DNA of 64,000 bases, taken from Muribaculaceae bacterium. Lineage in GTDB: Bacteria; Bacteroidota; Bacteroidia; Bacteroidales; Muribaculaceae. Made by a program: the position numbers and the translations under genes. Positions 23,561 through 33,822 of this stretch are shown piece after piece. The notes beneath the pieces are model-generated. The model was not told where the DNA came from. It saw nothing but the letters and a program-made list of their open reading frames with translations, and made no database searches. Positions within the stretch are counted from its first letter, which is position 1, and every line of letters starts with the position of its first letter. The DNA lies in NCBI GenBank assembly GCA_036661515.1, contig JAVWYO010000001.1, positions 8,691 to 72,690 on the forward strand, written 5' to 3'.

Positions 23561-25588
23561 ATGAGAAATTTAAAGTATGCACTCTTATTTATCGCTCTTA
23601 CCCCAACGATATTTATGAATGCTAAAGATGTAAAAAAGGCTGGGGTAGACCCCGCAAATTTGGATTGCACAGTAGCACCAGGTAATGATTTCTTTCAATA
23701 TGCTTGTGGTGGTTGGATGAAAAACAATCCACTTGAAGGTCAATACTCTCGTTTTGGCACATTTGATCAATTAGGGGAAAACAATAAGACACAAGTACGT
23801 GAACTTATCCAAAATCTTGGAAAAGAGAACAATGCCAAGGGTAGTGTAGCTCAAAAAGTAGATGATCTTTATAAAATGGGAATTGATAGTGTACGCCTAA
23901 ATAAAGAAGGAGGAAACCCTATTCAAGAAGATTTAGCAAAAATAGCCAATTTAAATCGTAAAGATCTCACTAAGATTATAGCATCACAACACAATGGTAT
24001 AGGTGCTCCATTTTTTGGAACATTTGTTATGAGTGATCTAAAAGATGCTAATGTAAATGTTCTTTACATGTCGCAAGGCGGTATGTCACTTGGAGATCGT
24101 GACTATTATCTTCTTAATGATGATAGCTCTAAAAAAATACGTGCTGAGTATCTGAAATACCTTCAAAAAGTATTTTCTTTGAGTGGATATAGTGCTTCAA
24201 AAGCAAAGAAAGCTGCTACAAATATTATGAAAATAGAAACAATTCTTGCTAAAGTTGCAATGTCTCGCGAAGAACTGCGTGATTATTCAAAGCAATACAA
24301 TGCTCGCACTGTAGCAGAGTTAAAGAAAGATTATCCAAATATTGACTGGAATACTTATTTTACTACGATTGGTCTTAAAGATGTAGATAAAATGATTGTT
24401 TGTCAACTTAATTCAATGGCAAAAGTTAATGAATTGATGAAGACACTTTCGGATCAAGAACTAAAAGATTATCTTAGCTATAGTATAATAAGCGTTGCAT
24501 CAAGTTACCTTAGTGATGATTTCTATCAAGCAGAATTTGATATGTTTTCTAAGACACTTTCGGGCAAAAAAGATATGGAGCCACGCTGGAAACGTGCACT
24601 TTCAGTCCCTAATGGATTACTTGGTGAAGCAGTAGGTAAACTTTATGTGGAAAAATATTTTGCAGGTGATTCTAAAGCTAAAATGCTTAAACTTGTAAAT
24701 AATTTGAAAACATCGCTTGGGGAGCATATTGCAAACCTTACATGGATGACCGAAGCTACTAAAATTAATGCTTTAGTTAAGCTTAATAGCTTTGTCGTAA
24801 AAGTTGGTTATCCCGATAAATGGCGCGATTATAGTGGCATCACAATTGATGCTACTCAATCTTATTGGACTAATATTAAGAAAGCCATAGAATTTGAATC
24901 GGCATATCAATATAATAAATATTATCAACCAGTTGATAAAGAAGAGTGGGGTATGACACCTCAAACTGTTAATGCCTATTATAATCCATCAACTAACGAG
25001 ATATGTTTCCCTGCAGGAATACTTCAAGCTCCATTCTTTGATGTAAATGCCGATGATGCTTCAAATTACGGTGCAATTGGTGTGGTTATCGGTCATGAAA
25101 TGACACATGGATTTGATGACCAAGGTCGCAACTTTGACCAAAACGGTAATATGGTTGATTGGTGGAAACCTTCAGATGCAGAAAATTTCAAAAAGCTAAC
25201 AGATGTTCTTGTAGCACAATACGACAGCATCAAAGTACTTGGTGATGTTCATGCTAATGGTACATTTACTCTTGGCGAAAATATAGCTGACCATGGTGGT
25301 CTTAGAGTTTCATACACAGCATTTAAGAAAACGCTACAAGGTATGAAGGATACAAAGACTGATGGATTAACACCCGATCAACGTTTCTACTTAGCATACG
25401 CTAACGTGTGGGCTGCAAATATTCGTGATGAAGAAATCCTTCGTCGTACAAAAATGGATCCTCACTCATTAGGAAAATGGAGAGTAAATGCTGCTCTACG
25501 CAATGTTCAACCATTCTTTGACGCATTTTCTATAAAAGCTGGCGACCCAATGTTTCTTGCCCCAGAAAATCGTGTAACGATTTGGTAA
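23561..25588 (+). CDS. M13-family zinc metalloendopeptidase (PepO/neprilysin-like)
   Basis: 675 aa with a signal peptide, VIGHEMTHGFDD (HExxH) and GENIADHGG (ExxxD). Confidence 0.92.
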   Translation: MRNLKYALLFIALTPTIFMNAKDVKKAGVDPANLDCTVAPGNDFFQYACGGWMKNNPLEGQYSRFGTFDQLGENNKTQVRELIQNLGKENNAKGSVAQKVDDLYKMGIDSVRLNKEGGNPIQEDLAKIANLNRKDLTKIIASQHNGIGAPFFGTFVMSDLKDANVNVLYMSQGGMSLGDRDYYLLNDDSSKKIRAEYLKYLQKVFSLSGYSASKAKKAATNIMKIETILAKVAMSREELRDYSKQYNARTVAELKKDYPNIDWNTYFTTIGLKDVDKMIVCQLNSMAKVNELMKTLSDQELKDYLSYSIISVASSYLSDDFYQAEFDMFSKTLSGKKDMEPRWKRALSVPNGLLGEAVGKLYVEKYFAGDSKAKMLKLVNNLKTSLGEHIANLTWMTEATKINALVKLNSFVVKVGYPDKWRDYSGITIDATQSYWTNIKKAIEFESAYQYNKYYQPVDKEEWGMTPQTVNAYYNPSTNEICFPAGILQAPFFDVNADDASNYGAIGVVIGHEMTHGFDDQGRNFDQNGNMVDWWKPSDAENFKKLTDVLVAQYDSIKVLGDVHANGTFTLGENIADHGGLRVSYTAFKKTLQGMKDTKTDGLTPDQRFYLAYANVWAANIRDEEILRRTKMDPHSLGKWRVNAALRNVQPFFDAFSIKAGDPMFLAPENRVTIW

Positions 25589-25615
25589 TATAATAGCCAG
25601 ACAAAAAATAAAATT

Positions 25616-25649
25616 AAAGGCACATCGTATTCATTTATGATGTGCCTTT
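25616..25649 (+). terminator. hairpin terminator after the M13 peptidase gene
   Basis: AAAGGCACATC ... GATGTGCCTTT forms an 11-bp stem with a 12-nt loop, followed by GTTATT. Confidence 0.65.
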
Positions 25650-25714
25650 GTTATTATAATACAAATAGCAATTTTTAAAGCCTAATATTTTATGCACAAT
25701 CAATAAGTTTTTAT

Positions 25715-25722
25715 TATTTTTG
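25715..25722 (+). promoter_or_regulatory. -7 box for dnaN
   Basis: TATTTTTG, 100 nt upstream of the ATG. Confidence 0.35.
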
Positions 25723-25822
25723 TAAAGAAGATGCTTTCAAAAATTTAGAACTAAAATCAATTCAATTTTCTTATAGTTCGGCAAAGCATGTTGATGAAAA
25801 AATTATATAAAATACTAATAAT

Positions 25823-26938
25823 ATGAGATTTAAAATTCCAAGTAAAATCTTACTATCACATCTTACGTCAGTAAGTAAAGTAGTAAATTCAAAGAATGCA
25901 ATTTCGATTCTTGATAATTTTCTGTTTACTCTAAGCGGAAATAAAGTAGTTATTACTGGTAGTGACCAAGAAACGACACTTACTACAAGTGTAGAGGTAT
26001 TTGATGCCGAAGGTGAGGGTAAATTTGCTGTAAATGTAAAATATCTACTTGACTCATTAAAAGAATTACCTGATCAAGGATTGACATTTGAGATTAATGA
26101 TGATAACTACGAAATTAATATCTATTATCTTAACGGAAAGTTCAACTTTATTGGAATAAATGGGAATGAATTCCCTGAGAAAAGGAAATCGGAAGAGGGG
26201 GTAATAACATTGACAATTCCAGCTGAAGAAATATCAAAAGGGATTGATCAAACGATTTTTGCAGTGGGAACTGAAGACCTTCGTCCAATTATGATGGGTA
26301 TTCTTTGGGATATCAAGCCCGAAGAAATAACTTTTGTAGCATCAGATACTCATAAACTTGTGCGCTACTGCAATAACAGAATCACATCAGGTATTGATGC
26401 ATCATTTATTCTTCCAACAAAGCCTGCATCAATTCTTAGAGCAATTCTCCCAAAAGTTGATGGTGACGTAAAAATCACAATTGAAGCTACAAATGCAACT
26501 TTTGAGTTGAAAAATTACACTTTAAATTGCCGTTTTGTAAATGGTAAATATCCTAATTACAACTCAGTTATTCCACAGAATAACCCTTATTCACTTACAG
26601 TAGATCGTGTATCATTGCTCAATGCTGTTCGTCGCGTATCTGTCTTTGCAAGTGTTGGAGGCCTTGTTAAATTTGAAGTACGAGAAAATGAAATTCTTCT
26701 AAAAGCACAAGATGTGGATTTCTCTACTTGGGCTGAAGAAACTGTTGCTTGTGAATATAGTGGAGAAGGAATGTTGATAGGATTTAATAATACTCGTGTT
26801 ATTGAAGTCCTTAATAATCTTGATGGTGACACAATAATATTAAAGTTGTCAGATCCATCAAGAGCTGGAATATTTGTACCATTAGAACAGGCAAAGGAGG
26901 AGGATTTATTAATCCTTTTAATGCCTATGATGCTATAA
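25823..26938 (+). CDS. dnaN: DNA polymerase III beta subunit (sliding clamp)
   Basis: 371 aa with clamp-like three-domain periodicity and a typical N-terminus and C-terminus (LLMPMML). Confidence 0.93.
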   Translation: MRFKIPSKILLSHLTSVSKVVNSKNAISILDNFLFTLSGNKVVITGSDQETTLTTSVEVFDAEGEGKFAVNVKYLLDSLKELPDQGLTFEINDDNYEINIYYLNGKFNFIGINGNEFPEKRKSEEGVITLTIPAEEISKGIDQTIFAVGTEDLRPIMMGILWDIKPEEITFVASDTHKLVRYCNNRITSGIDASFILPTKPASILRAILPKVDGDVKITIEATNATFELKNYTLNCRFVNGKYPNYNSVIPQNNPYSLTVDRVSLLNAVRRVSVFASVGGLVKFEVRENEILLKAQDVDFSTWAEETVACEYSGEGMLIGFNNTRVIEVLNNLDGDTIILKLSDPSRAGIFVPLEQAKEEDLLILLMPMML

Positions 26939-26957
26939 TAAATTATTACCAAATATA

Positions 26958-27719
26958 ATGAATTTAAATTTAAAGAACTCTATAATATTCTTTGATCTTG
27001 AAACGACTGGTATCAATATTACAAAAGATAGAATAGTTGAAATATCATACATTAAAATATTTCAAAATGGAGATGAAGAGGAGCGCACAATTCGTGTAAA
27101 CCCTGAGATGCCCATTCCTGCTGAGTCAACTGCAATACATCATATTACAGATGATGATATTAAGGATTGTCCTACGTTTAAAAGTATCGCAAAGGAATTG
27201 AGTCGTGTGTTTGAAGGGTGTGACTTAGCTGGCTTTAATAGCAATCGTTTTGATGTGCCATTGCTCATGGAGGAATTTCTTCGTGCTGATGTGGGTATAG
27301 ATATATCAAAAAGAAAATTTATTGATGTACAAACGATTTTCCATAAAATGGAACAACGAACGCTTGTAGCTGCTTATAAGTTTTATTGTGATAAGGATTT
27401 AACCGAAGCCCATTCTGCATCAGCCGATACTCGTGCTACTTATGAAGTCCTAAAAGCACAACTTGATCGCTATAACTCGTTGCAAAATAATGTTGAATTT
27501 CTTTCGTCATTTTCAAGTCAAAATAAAAATGTTGATTTAGCTGGTCGTATTATTTTCAATGATAAAGATGTTGAAGTCTTTAATTTTGGTAAATATAAAG
27601 GTGTGCCAGTTGATGATGTTTTTCGTAAAGATGTTGGCTATTATGGTTGGATTATGCAAGGCGATTTCGCTTTAAATACCAAGCAGGTAATAACAAATAT
27701 AAAATTAAGATTAAAGTAG
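26958..27719 (+). CDS. DnaQ-like 3'-5' exonuclease
   Basis: 253 aa with Exo I (FFDLETTG), Exo II (LAGFNSNRFDVPLL) and Exo III (HSASADT). Confidence 0.85.
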   Translation: MNLNLKNSIIFFDLETTGINITKDRIVEISYIKIFQNGDEEERTIRVNPEMPIPAESTAIHHITDDDIKDCPTFKSIAKELSRVFEGCDLAGFNSNRFDVPLLMEEFLRADVGIDISKRKFIDVQTIFHKMEQRTLVAAYKFYCDKDLTEAHSASADTRATYEVLKAQLDRYNSLQNNVEFLSSFSSQNKNVDLAGRIIFNDKDVEVFNFGKYKGVPVDDVFRKDVGYYGWIMQGDFALNTKQVITNIKLRLK

Positions 27720-27732
27720 AAAATATTAGCGT

Positions 27733-28944
27733 ATGTTGAAAGGTAAGCATATTATATTAGGAATTTCAGGTGGAATAGCAGCCTATAAGTCGGCTACGCT
27801 TTTGCGCCTTTTCATAAAGGCTGGAGCAGAGGTACAAGTAATAATAACACCTTCGGGAAAGGAATTTATTACACCTGTTACACTTTCTGCTCTTAGTGGT
27901 AAGCCTGTAATATGCGATTTTTTCACAGCAAATACTGGAACGTGGAATAGCCACGTCGATTTAGGATTGTGGGCTGATGCCATGGTCATAGCTCCCGCTA
28001 CGGCATCTACTATTGGTAAAATGGCTAATGGAATAGCCGATAATATGTTGGTAACAACATATCTATCGGCAAAAGCACCCATATTTATTGCTCCAGCTAT
28101 GGATTTAGATATGTTTGCGCATCAATCAACAACCCATAATATAGCGTTGCTTCGTAGCTACGGGAATCATATTATTGAGCCTGCTGAGGGAGAACTTGCA
28201 AGTCATCTTGTAGGGAAAGGTCGAATGGAGGAGCCTGAAGCAATTTTTGAATATATAAATTCTTTTTTTTGTAAAAAGGAAGATCTTGCTGGTAAGAAAA
28301 TAATGATAACAGCAGGGCCTACATATGAAAAAATAGATCCCGTTAGATTCATTGGTAATTATTCTACTGGTAAAATGGGCTATTCATTGGCCGAAGAATG
28401 CGCTAATAGAGGAGCACAAGTAACACTCATTAGTGGCCCTGTGAATATAGAATGCAAGCATTGTGGTATTAAACGGATAGATGTAGAAAGTGCTCAACAG
28501 ATGTATGATGTAGCAAATACTGAATTTGTGACAAGTGATATTGCAATTATGTGTGCTGCGGTAGCTGATTATTGTGTAGAAAACATAGCTACAACAAAGA
28601 TTAAAAGAGATGATAATGAGCCACCTATATTAAAATTAAAGAAAAATAAAGATATTGCGGCATCACTTGGATTAAAGAAAAAGCCATCTCAAATACTCAT
28701 AGGTTTTGCTCTTGAAACAAATGATGAATTGGAGAATGCAAAAAATAAATTAGATAGGAAAAATCTTGATTTTATTGTTTTAAATTCATTACAAGATGCT
28801 AATGCTGGATTTGGAACTGATACTAATAAAATAACTATTATAAATAGAAAAGGTGAGATAACACCCTTTGAAACAAAAAATAAGAATTTGGTAGCAACCG
28901 ATATTGTAGATGTTTTAGTAAATAATTATTTACATGAAGAATAG
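27733..28944 (+). CDS. coaBC: bifunctional phosphopantothenoylcysteine decarboxylase/synthetase
   Basis: 403 aa with the flavoprotein N-domain GISGGIAAYK and the C-terminal DFP synthetase domain (ITAGPTYEKIDPVRFIGNYSTGKMG). Confidence 0.93.
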   Translation: MLKGKHIILGISGGIAAYKSATLLRLFIKAGAEVQVIITPSGKEFITPVTLSALSGKPVICDFFTANTGTWNSHVDLGLWADAMVIAPATASTIGKMANGIADNMLVTTYLSAKAPIFIAPAMDLDMFAHQSTTHNIALLRSYGNHIIEPAEGELASHLVGKGRMEEPEAIFEYINSFFCKKEDLAGKKIMITAGPTYEKIDPVRFIGNYSTGKMGYSLAEECANRGAQVTLISGPVNIECKHCGIKRIDVESAQQMYDVANTEFVTSDIAIMCAAVADYCVENIATTKIKRDDNEPPILKLKKNKDIAASLGLKKKPSQILIGFALETNDELENAKNKLDRKNLDFIVLNSLQDANAGFGTDTNKITIINRKGEITPFETKNKNLVATDIVDVLVNNYLHEE

Positions 28945-29857
28945 TAGACGTTTAATATACGCTATTGCTTTATTGCTAATTACATTGCTATTACCTATAT
29001 CGGGCATAGCACAGGAACTTAATTGTAAAGTTGAAATCAACAGCGACAAAGTGTCTAATGTCAGTAAAGAGGTTTTTAAGACGCTTGAAAATGCAATGTC
29101 GGAATATATGAATACTAATCGGTGGTCTAATGCTCAATTTTTAGGAAATGAGAAGATTGGTTGCACTCTATTTTTTACTATAAAAAGCTATGCTGATAAT
29201 ATAATGAGTGGAGATTTACAAATACAATCGACACGTCCAGTTTATAATAGTTCTTATACAACCACTCTTATTAATTTTAAAGACAATAAAATTGAATTTA
29301 GCTATCAAGAGAATGAACCTCTAATTTTCTCAGAAACTGCAATGGAAAGTAATCTTACCGCGATACTTAACTTCTATGCTTATCTAATTCTTGCAGTAGA
29401 TTTTGATAGTTTTTCTCCAAATGGTGGTGAACCATATTTTGAGAAAGCTACCGAAGTTGTGAGGTTGGCACAAAGTTCGGGTGAAAGTGGTTGGAAAGCA
29501 TTTGAAGATACAAAGAATAGGAGTGCTGTGCTTAGTGCATTTACTGATAAGAACACTGGTATTTTTAGAGAAATGTGGTATATGTATCACCGCAAAGGAC
29601 TTGATGATATGGCTCTAAGTATTGATAAAGGTAGAGCAGCAGTTAGTGAATCGTTAAATACATTAACAAAGATACATAACCTTTCGCCAATGACAGTAGT
29701 GCTTTCGATGTTCAAAGATGCAAAACTTGATGAACTTGTGAATATATATTCAAAAGCTAATATGGGTGAAAAGGAGAAAATATATGAATTGCTATATCCT
29801 TTATATCCAACAGAAGGTGAACGACTTCAAAAGATTAAGGAAGTAAGTAAAAACTAA
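28934..29857 (+). CDS. DUF4835-family exported protein (T9SS-associated PorD-like; name from memory)
   Basis: 307 aa with a signal peptide. It overlaps the coaBC end by 11 nt and sits in the coaBC-x-recN arrangement I recall from Bacteroidetes. Confidence 0.7.
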   Translation: MKNSRRLIYAIALLLITLLLPISGIAQELNCKVEINSDKVSNVSKEVFKTLENAMSEYMNTNRWSNAQFLGNEKIGCTLFFTIKSYADNIMSGDLQIQSTRPVYNSSYTTTLINFKDNKIEFSYQENEPLIFSETAMESNLTAILNFYAYLILAVDFDSFSPNGGEPYFEKATEVVRLAQSSGESGWKAFEDTKNRSAVLSAFTDKNTGIFREMWYMYHRKGLDDMALSIDKGRAAVSESLNTLTKIHNLSPMTVVLSMFKDAKLDELVNIYSKANMGEKEKIYELLYPLYPTEGERLQKIKEVSKN

Positions 29858-29866
29858 CAACAGCAG

Positions 29867-31534
29867 ATGCTTACAAATCTCATTATATCAAATTATGCGT
29901 TAATTGAATCTATTGAAATAAATTTCAATAAAGGATTCTCGATTATAACAGGTGAAACTGGTGCAGGAAAGTCTATAATGCTTGGTGCATTGTCACTAAT
30001 ATTAGGAGAACGTGTAGAACCTAAAGCAATTAGAGATAAAGATAAAAAATCAGTTATAGAAGCAGTTTTCGACCTTAGTGGCTATGAATTAAAAGAATAT
30101 TTTAATGACAATGATTTAGAATATGATGCGAGTGAGTGTATTTTACGTCGCGAAATTCTTTCCAATGGTAGATCAAGAGCTTTTATAAACGATACTCCTG
30201 TTACTATTAATCAATTGCGTGACTTGTCACTGCGACTTATTGATATTCATTCTCAGCATAATAATTTACTTCTCGCGGATTCCCATTATCAACTTACAAT
30301 AATTGATAGTATTGCTGGGAATAATGCGCTATTATCGTCTTATACTAAGGCTTTTAGTGAGTATAATTCTGTAAAAAATAGATTGTTTGAATTAACAGAA
30401 CGTATTGCACATAATAAGACTGACGAAGAATATACGAGATTCTTATTATCTCAATTATCAGACTTAAATTTAAAGGCTGATGAAGAAGCTGCGCTTGAAG
30501 AAGAACAAAATACACTCAGTAATATTACAGAAATAAAATCATCACTTTGGGAAATTTCTAATATATTAAATAATGATGATGATTCTGTAATATCTCGACT
30601 CATTTCTGCTACTTCAAAATTATCATTTTTGGCACGTATATATAGTCCATCGGTTGAAATTAAAGATCGAATTGATAGCACTATTATTGAATTAAAGGAT
30701 ATATCAGCTACCATAAATAGTTGGCAAGATAATATGGTTGATGATCCTGCTAAACTTAGCATGATTAACGATCGTCTTAGCTCTATATTTACATTAAAGA
30801 AAAAACATAATGTATCAACAGTTAACGATCTTATTGACATTGAACGAAAGCTAAATAAAACTTTAAGTGAAATAGATAATTCTGAAAATGATATTTTAGA
30901 ATTAGAAAAAGAATTAAAGGAAAAGAATAAAAAAGTTATAGAAATAGCAAATCAGTTGTCGGCTAATCGTAAGAAAGCAGCCAAACTTTTCAGTGAACAA
31001 TTAAGTTCTATTGCCACACCTCTTGGCATGAAAAATTTGCAATGTAATATTTCTTGTGAACCGATTGATATTGATAAATATGGAATAGATAAGATACAAT
31101 TTCTATTTGCATTTAATAAGAATCAAGAACTATTACCAGTAAGCATGACAGCATCGGGGGGTGAAATCTCACGGCTTATGCTTTGTGTAAAGACAATAAT
31201 AGCGAAAACAATGCAACTGCCCACTATTATATTTGATGAAATAGATACAGGCGTTTCTGGTGATATTGCGACAAGAATGGGAGAAATGATGAGTGATATT
31301 GGTTCAAAATTGCAAGTTATCGCTATAACGCATCTTCCACAAGTAGCGTCAATGGGTGATTTCCATTATAAGGTCTTTAAAAAGGATACTTCGGACTCAA
31401 CATTTTCTGATATAAAAGAGTTATCTTATGATGATAGGGTAATAGAAATTGCAGGAATGCTTAGTGGTCGCTTGATAGATGATGCTGCAATTAATAATGC
31501 AAAATCACTTTTAAATATTAAACAAAAAAAATAA
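29867..31534 (+). CDS. recN: DNA repair protein RecN
   Basis: 555 aa with the Walker A motif ITGETGAGKSI, a long coiled-coil middle, the signature ASGGEISR and Walker B IIFDEIDTG. Confidence 0.92.
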   Translation: MLTNLIISNYALIESIEINFNKGFSIITGETGAGKSIMLGALSLILGERVEPKAIRDKDKKSVIEAVFDLSGYELKEYFNDNDLEYDASECILRREILSNGRSRAFINDTPVTINQLRDLSLRLIDIHSQHNNLLLADSHYQLTIIDSIAGNNALLSSYTKAFSEYNSVKNRLFELTERIAHNKTDEEYTRFLLSQLSDLNLKADEEAALEEEQNTLSNITEIKSSLWEISNILNNDDDSVISRLISATSKLSFLARIYSPSVEIKDRIDSTIIELKDISATINSWQDNMVDDPAKLSMINDRLSSIFTLKKKHNVSTVNDLIDIERKLNKTLSEIDNSENDILELEKELKEKNKKVIEIANQLSANRKKAAKLFSEQLSSIATPLGMKNLQCNISCEPIDIDKYGIDKIQFLFAFNKNQELLPVSMTASGGEISRLMLCVKTIIAKTMQLPTIIFDEIDTGVSGDIATRMGEMMSDIGSKLQVIAITHLPQVASMGDFHYKVFKKDTSDSTFSDIKELSYDDRVIEIAGMLSGRLIDDAAINNAKSLLNIKQKK

Positions 31535-31546
31535 AAAAATACAAGA

Positions 31547-32302
31547 ATGGAAAAAAGCGATTATATATTTGGCATACGTGCTGTTATTGAAGCTATAGAA
31601 GCTGGCAAAGAAATAGATAAAATTCTTATAAAGAAAGATATATCTGGTGACTTAGTTGGAGAATTGCTTAATCTTATAAAAGAGCACCAAATATTTGCAC
31701 AGCGAGTACCTATTGAGAAAATCAATAGGATAACGATGAAAAATCATCAAGGAGTTGTTGCTCAACTTTCGGCAGTAACATATTATTCATTAGAAAATAT
31801 TGTCCCACAACTTTATGAAGAAGGTGTACTTCCTTTTATAGTAATTCTTGATGGTATTACCGATGTGCGTAACTTTGGTGCAATAGCAAGAACTTGTGAA
31901 TGTGCAGGGGTTGATGCCATTGTTATTCCAGAGCGCAATAGTGCATCTGTAACAGCTGATGCAATAAAGACATCGGCTGGAGCACTTCATCACATACCAG
32001 TGTGTAGAGAAAAAGATTTGTTTTCAGCAATTAGAATGCTAAAAGATAATGGTTTTCATATTGTTGGAGCATCAGAAAAGGGTAATGTAAATTATACTAA
32101 AATCGATTATACAGTACCTGTCGGAATAGTAATGGGTGCGGAAGATGTTGGCATATCTCCAGAGGTATTGCGTCAATGCAATTCGTTAGTATCTATTCCT
32201 GAATTTGGTAAAATTAATTCTCTTAATGTATCAGTTGCCGCAGGGATTATGACTTATGAGGTTGTAAGACAACGCCTTAATGCTAATATGGAAGTAATAT
32301 AA
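31547..32302 (+). CDS. rlmB: 23S rRNA (guanosine-2'-O)-methyltransferase, SpoU/TrmH family
   Basis: 251 aa with an N-terminal IFGIRAVIEAIEAG substrate-binding domain and SpoU motifs (NFGAIARTCE, VMGAEDVGIS, LNVSVAAGI). Confidence 0.88.
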   Translation: MEKSDYIFGIRAVIEAIEAGKEIDKILIKKDISGDLVGELLNLIKEHQIFAQRVPIEKINRITMKNHQGVVAQLSAVTYYSLENIVPQLYEEGVLPFIVILDGITDVRNFGAIARTCECAGVDAIVIPERNSASVTADAIKTSAGALHHIPVCREKDLFSAIRMLKDNGFHIVGASEKGNVNYTKIDYTVPVGIVMGAEDVGISPEVLRQCNSLVSIPEFGKINSLNVSVAAGIMTYEVVRQRLNANMEVI

Positions 32303-32377
32303 TAGAATAAAAGGCAAAATACTTGAAATGATGAGCAAATTGAGGTAAATTTGCAAAATAATAAGACTTATAATAAA

Positions 32378-33307
32378 ATGATAAATAGAATTTTAATTAG
32401 AATAAAGGTTGTACAGATGGTGTACTCTTATCTATTAACAGAAAAAGAGCGTACTATTGAAGATGCCAAGAATGAATTAAATAAGAGCCTTGATAAAGCC
32501 TATGAATTGTATAATGGCATATTCGTTTTGCTCTGTGACTTGACAAGACTTCAAGATTTACGAATTGATGCAGCAAGAAATAAATATCTTCCAACGGAGG
32601 CTGATTTAAATCCAAGCACTCGATTTATAGATAATGAATTGATAAAAACATTACATAAAAATGAAGATTTACAGGAATATCTAAAGGAGAATCCTATAAC
32701 TTGGCAAGATGATGATATTTTCCTAAGATTGATGCTTGATAAAATTCTAAATTCTGACATATACAAGCAATATATAGATGCCGAAACGACTGATTTTAAA
32801 ACAGATTGTGAATTTTGGCGCAATATATTGAAGAAGATAATTCTTGTAGATGAAGATTTTGCCGAATTATTAGAGTCTAAGTCAGTGTATTGGAATGATG
32901 ACCTATGTTCTACGAGTACATTTGTGTTGAAGACGCTAAAACGTATTGAAGATGGTGCAGCAAATCAATTGTTGCCAATGTATAAGAACGATGAAGATAA
33001 GATGTTTGGCGAAAATCTATTTTTGCTTACTCTAAGGAATAAAAAATATTATAATGAACTTATTGATAAATTTGTACAGACAGAGTCATGGGATTCTGAA
33101 CGTATTGCATTTATGGATAGAGTTATTATGATTGTTGGCATTGCTGAAATAATAAATTTTGAATCAATACCAACGACCGTTACTTTAAATGAGTACATAG
33201 AAATTACAAAGTATTATAGTACAATGAAAAGTAGCCAATTTGTGAATGGAATTCTTAATTCTATCATAAATTATTTAAAAGATGAAGGTAAATTATTGAA
33301 AAACTAA
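32378..33307 (+). CDS. nusB: transcription antitermination factor NusB (long Bacteroidetes form)
   Basis: The track start 32351 is a TTG. The ATG at 32378 gives MINRILIRIKVVQMVYSY, which is NusB-like. A C-terminal NusB core (ERIAFMDRVIM...NEYIEITKYYS...FVNGILN) is present. Confidence 0.8.
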   Translation: MINRILIRIKVVQMVYSYLLTEKERTIEDAKNELNKSLDKAYELYNGIFVLLCDLTRLQDLRIDAARNKYLPTEADLNPSTRFIDNELIKTLHKNEDLQEYLKENPITWQDDDIFLRLMLDKILNSDIYKQYIDAETTDFKTDCEFWRNILKKIILVDEDFAELLESKSVYWNDDLCSTSTFVLKTLKRIEDGAANQLLPMYKNDEDKMFGENLFLLTLRNKKYYNELIDKFVQTESWDSERIAFMDRVIMIVGIAEIINFESIPTTVTLNEYIEITKYYSTMKSSQFVNGILNSIINYLKDEGKLLKN

Positions 33308-33362
33308 AAACCTGTATTATCTTTACAAAAGAGAAATTTAAACCAATTAAAAAATAGATATT

Positions 33363-33710
33363 ATGTTTTTAAACTTTATTATGCTCGACGCACCAGCCTC
33401 TGGAGGTTTTATGGGAGATGGTGGAATGACAAATCTTCTAATGATTGTAGCACTTATTGCTATTTTCTACTTCTTTATGATACGTCCTCAATCAAAGAAA
33501 CAAAAAGAGATACGTAAATTTCGTGAATCATTAGCTGTTGGAAGCAAAGTAATCACAGCTGGTGGAATTCATGGTAAGATTAAAGATATCAAGGAAAGTG
33601 TTATCATTCTTGAAATTGCAGAAAATGTAAGAATTAAGATTGATAAAGGTTCTGTTTACCCATCGGCTGCTGATGCTGCTGACGCAGTGAAAGATGATCC
33701 AAAGGCTTAA
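33363..33710 (+). CDS. yajC: preprotein translocase subunit YajC
   Basis: 115 aa with a single TM followed by FFMIRPQSKKQKE and VITAGGIHGKI. Confidence 0.85.
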   Translation: MFLNFIMLDAPASGGFMGDGGMTNLLMIVALIAIFYFFMIRPQSKKQKEIRKFRESLAVGSKVITAGGIHGKIKDIKESVIILEIAENVRIKIDKGSVYPSAADAADAVKDDPKA

Positions 33711-33766
33711 TAGCTATGTACATTCTATTGTGATATAATCATATATCCGCCAATAAAATATAATTT

Positions 33767-33799
33767 AAGCCATTCATTTTTTGCTATGAATGGCTTTTT
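33767..33799 (+). terminator. rho-independent terminator after yajC
   Basis: AAGCCATTCAT-TTTTTGCT-ATGAATGGCTT followed by TTTAT. Confidence 0.7.
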
Positions 33800-33822
33800 A
33801 TCTTCAAAAAAATAGTAAGGTT

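Noticed and set aside
25690-25698. TTATGCACA (fits TTATnCACA) upstream of dnaN.
   Set aside because: It is a single isolated 9-mer with no cluster, and a chance occurrence is plausible in 64 kb.
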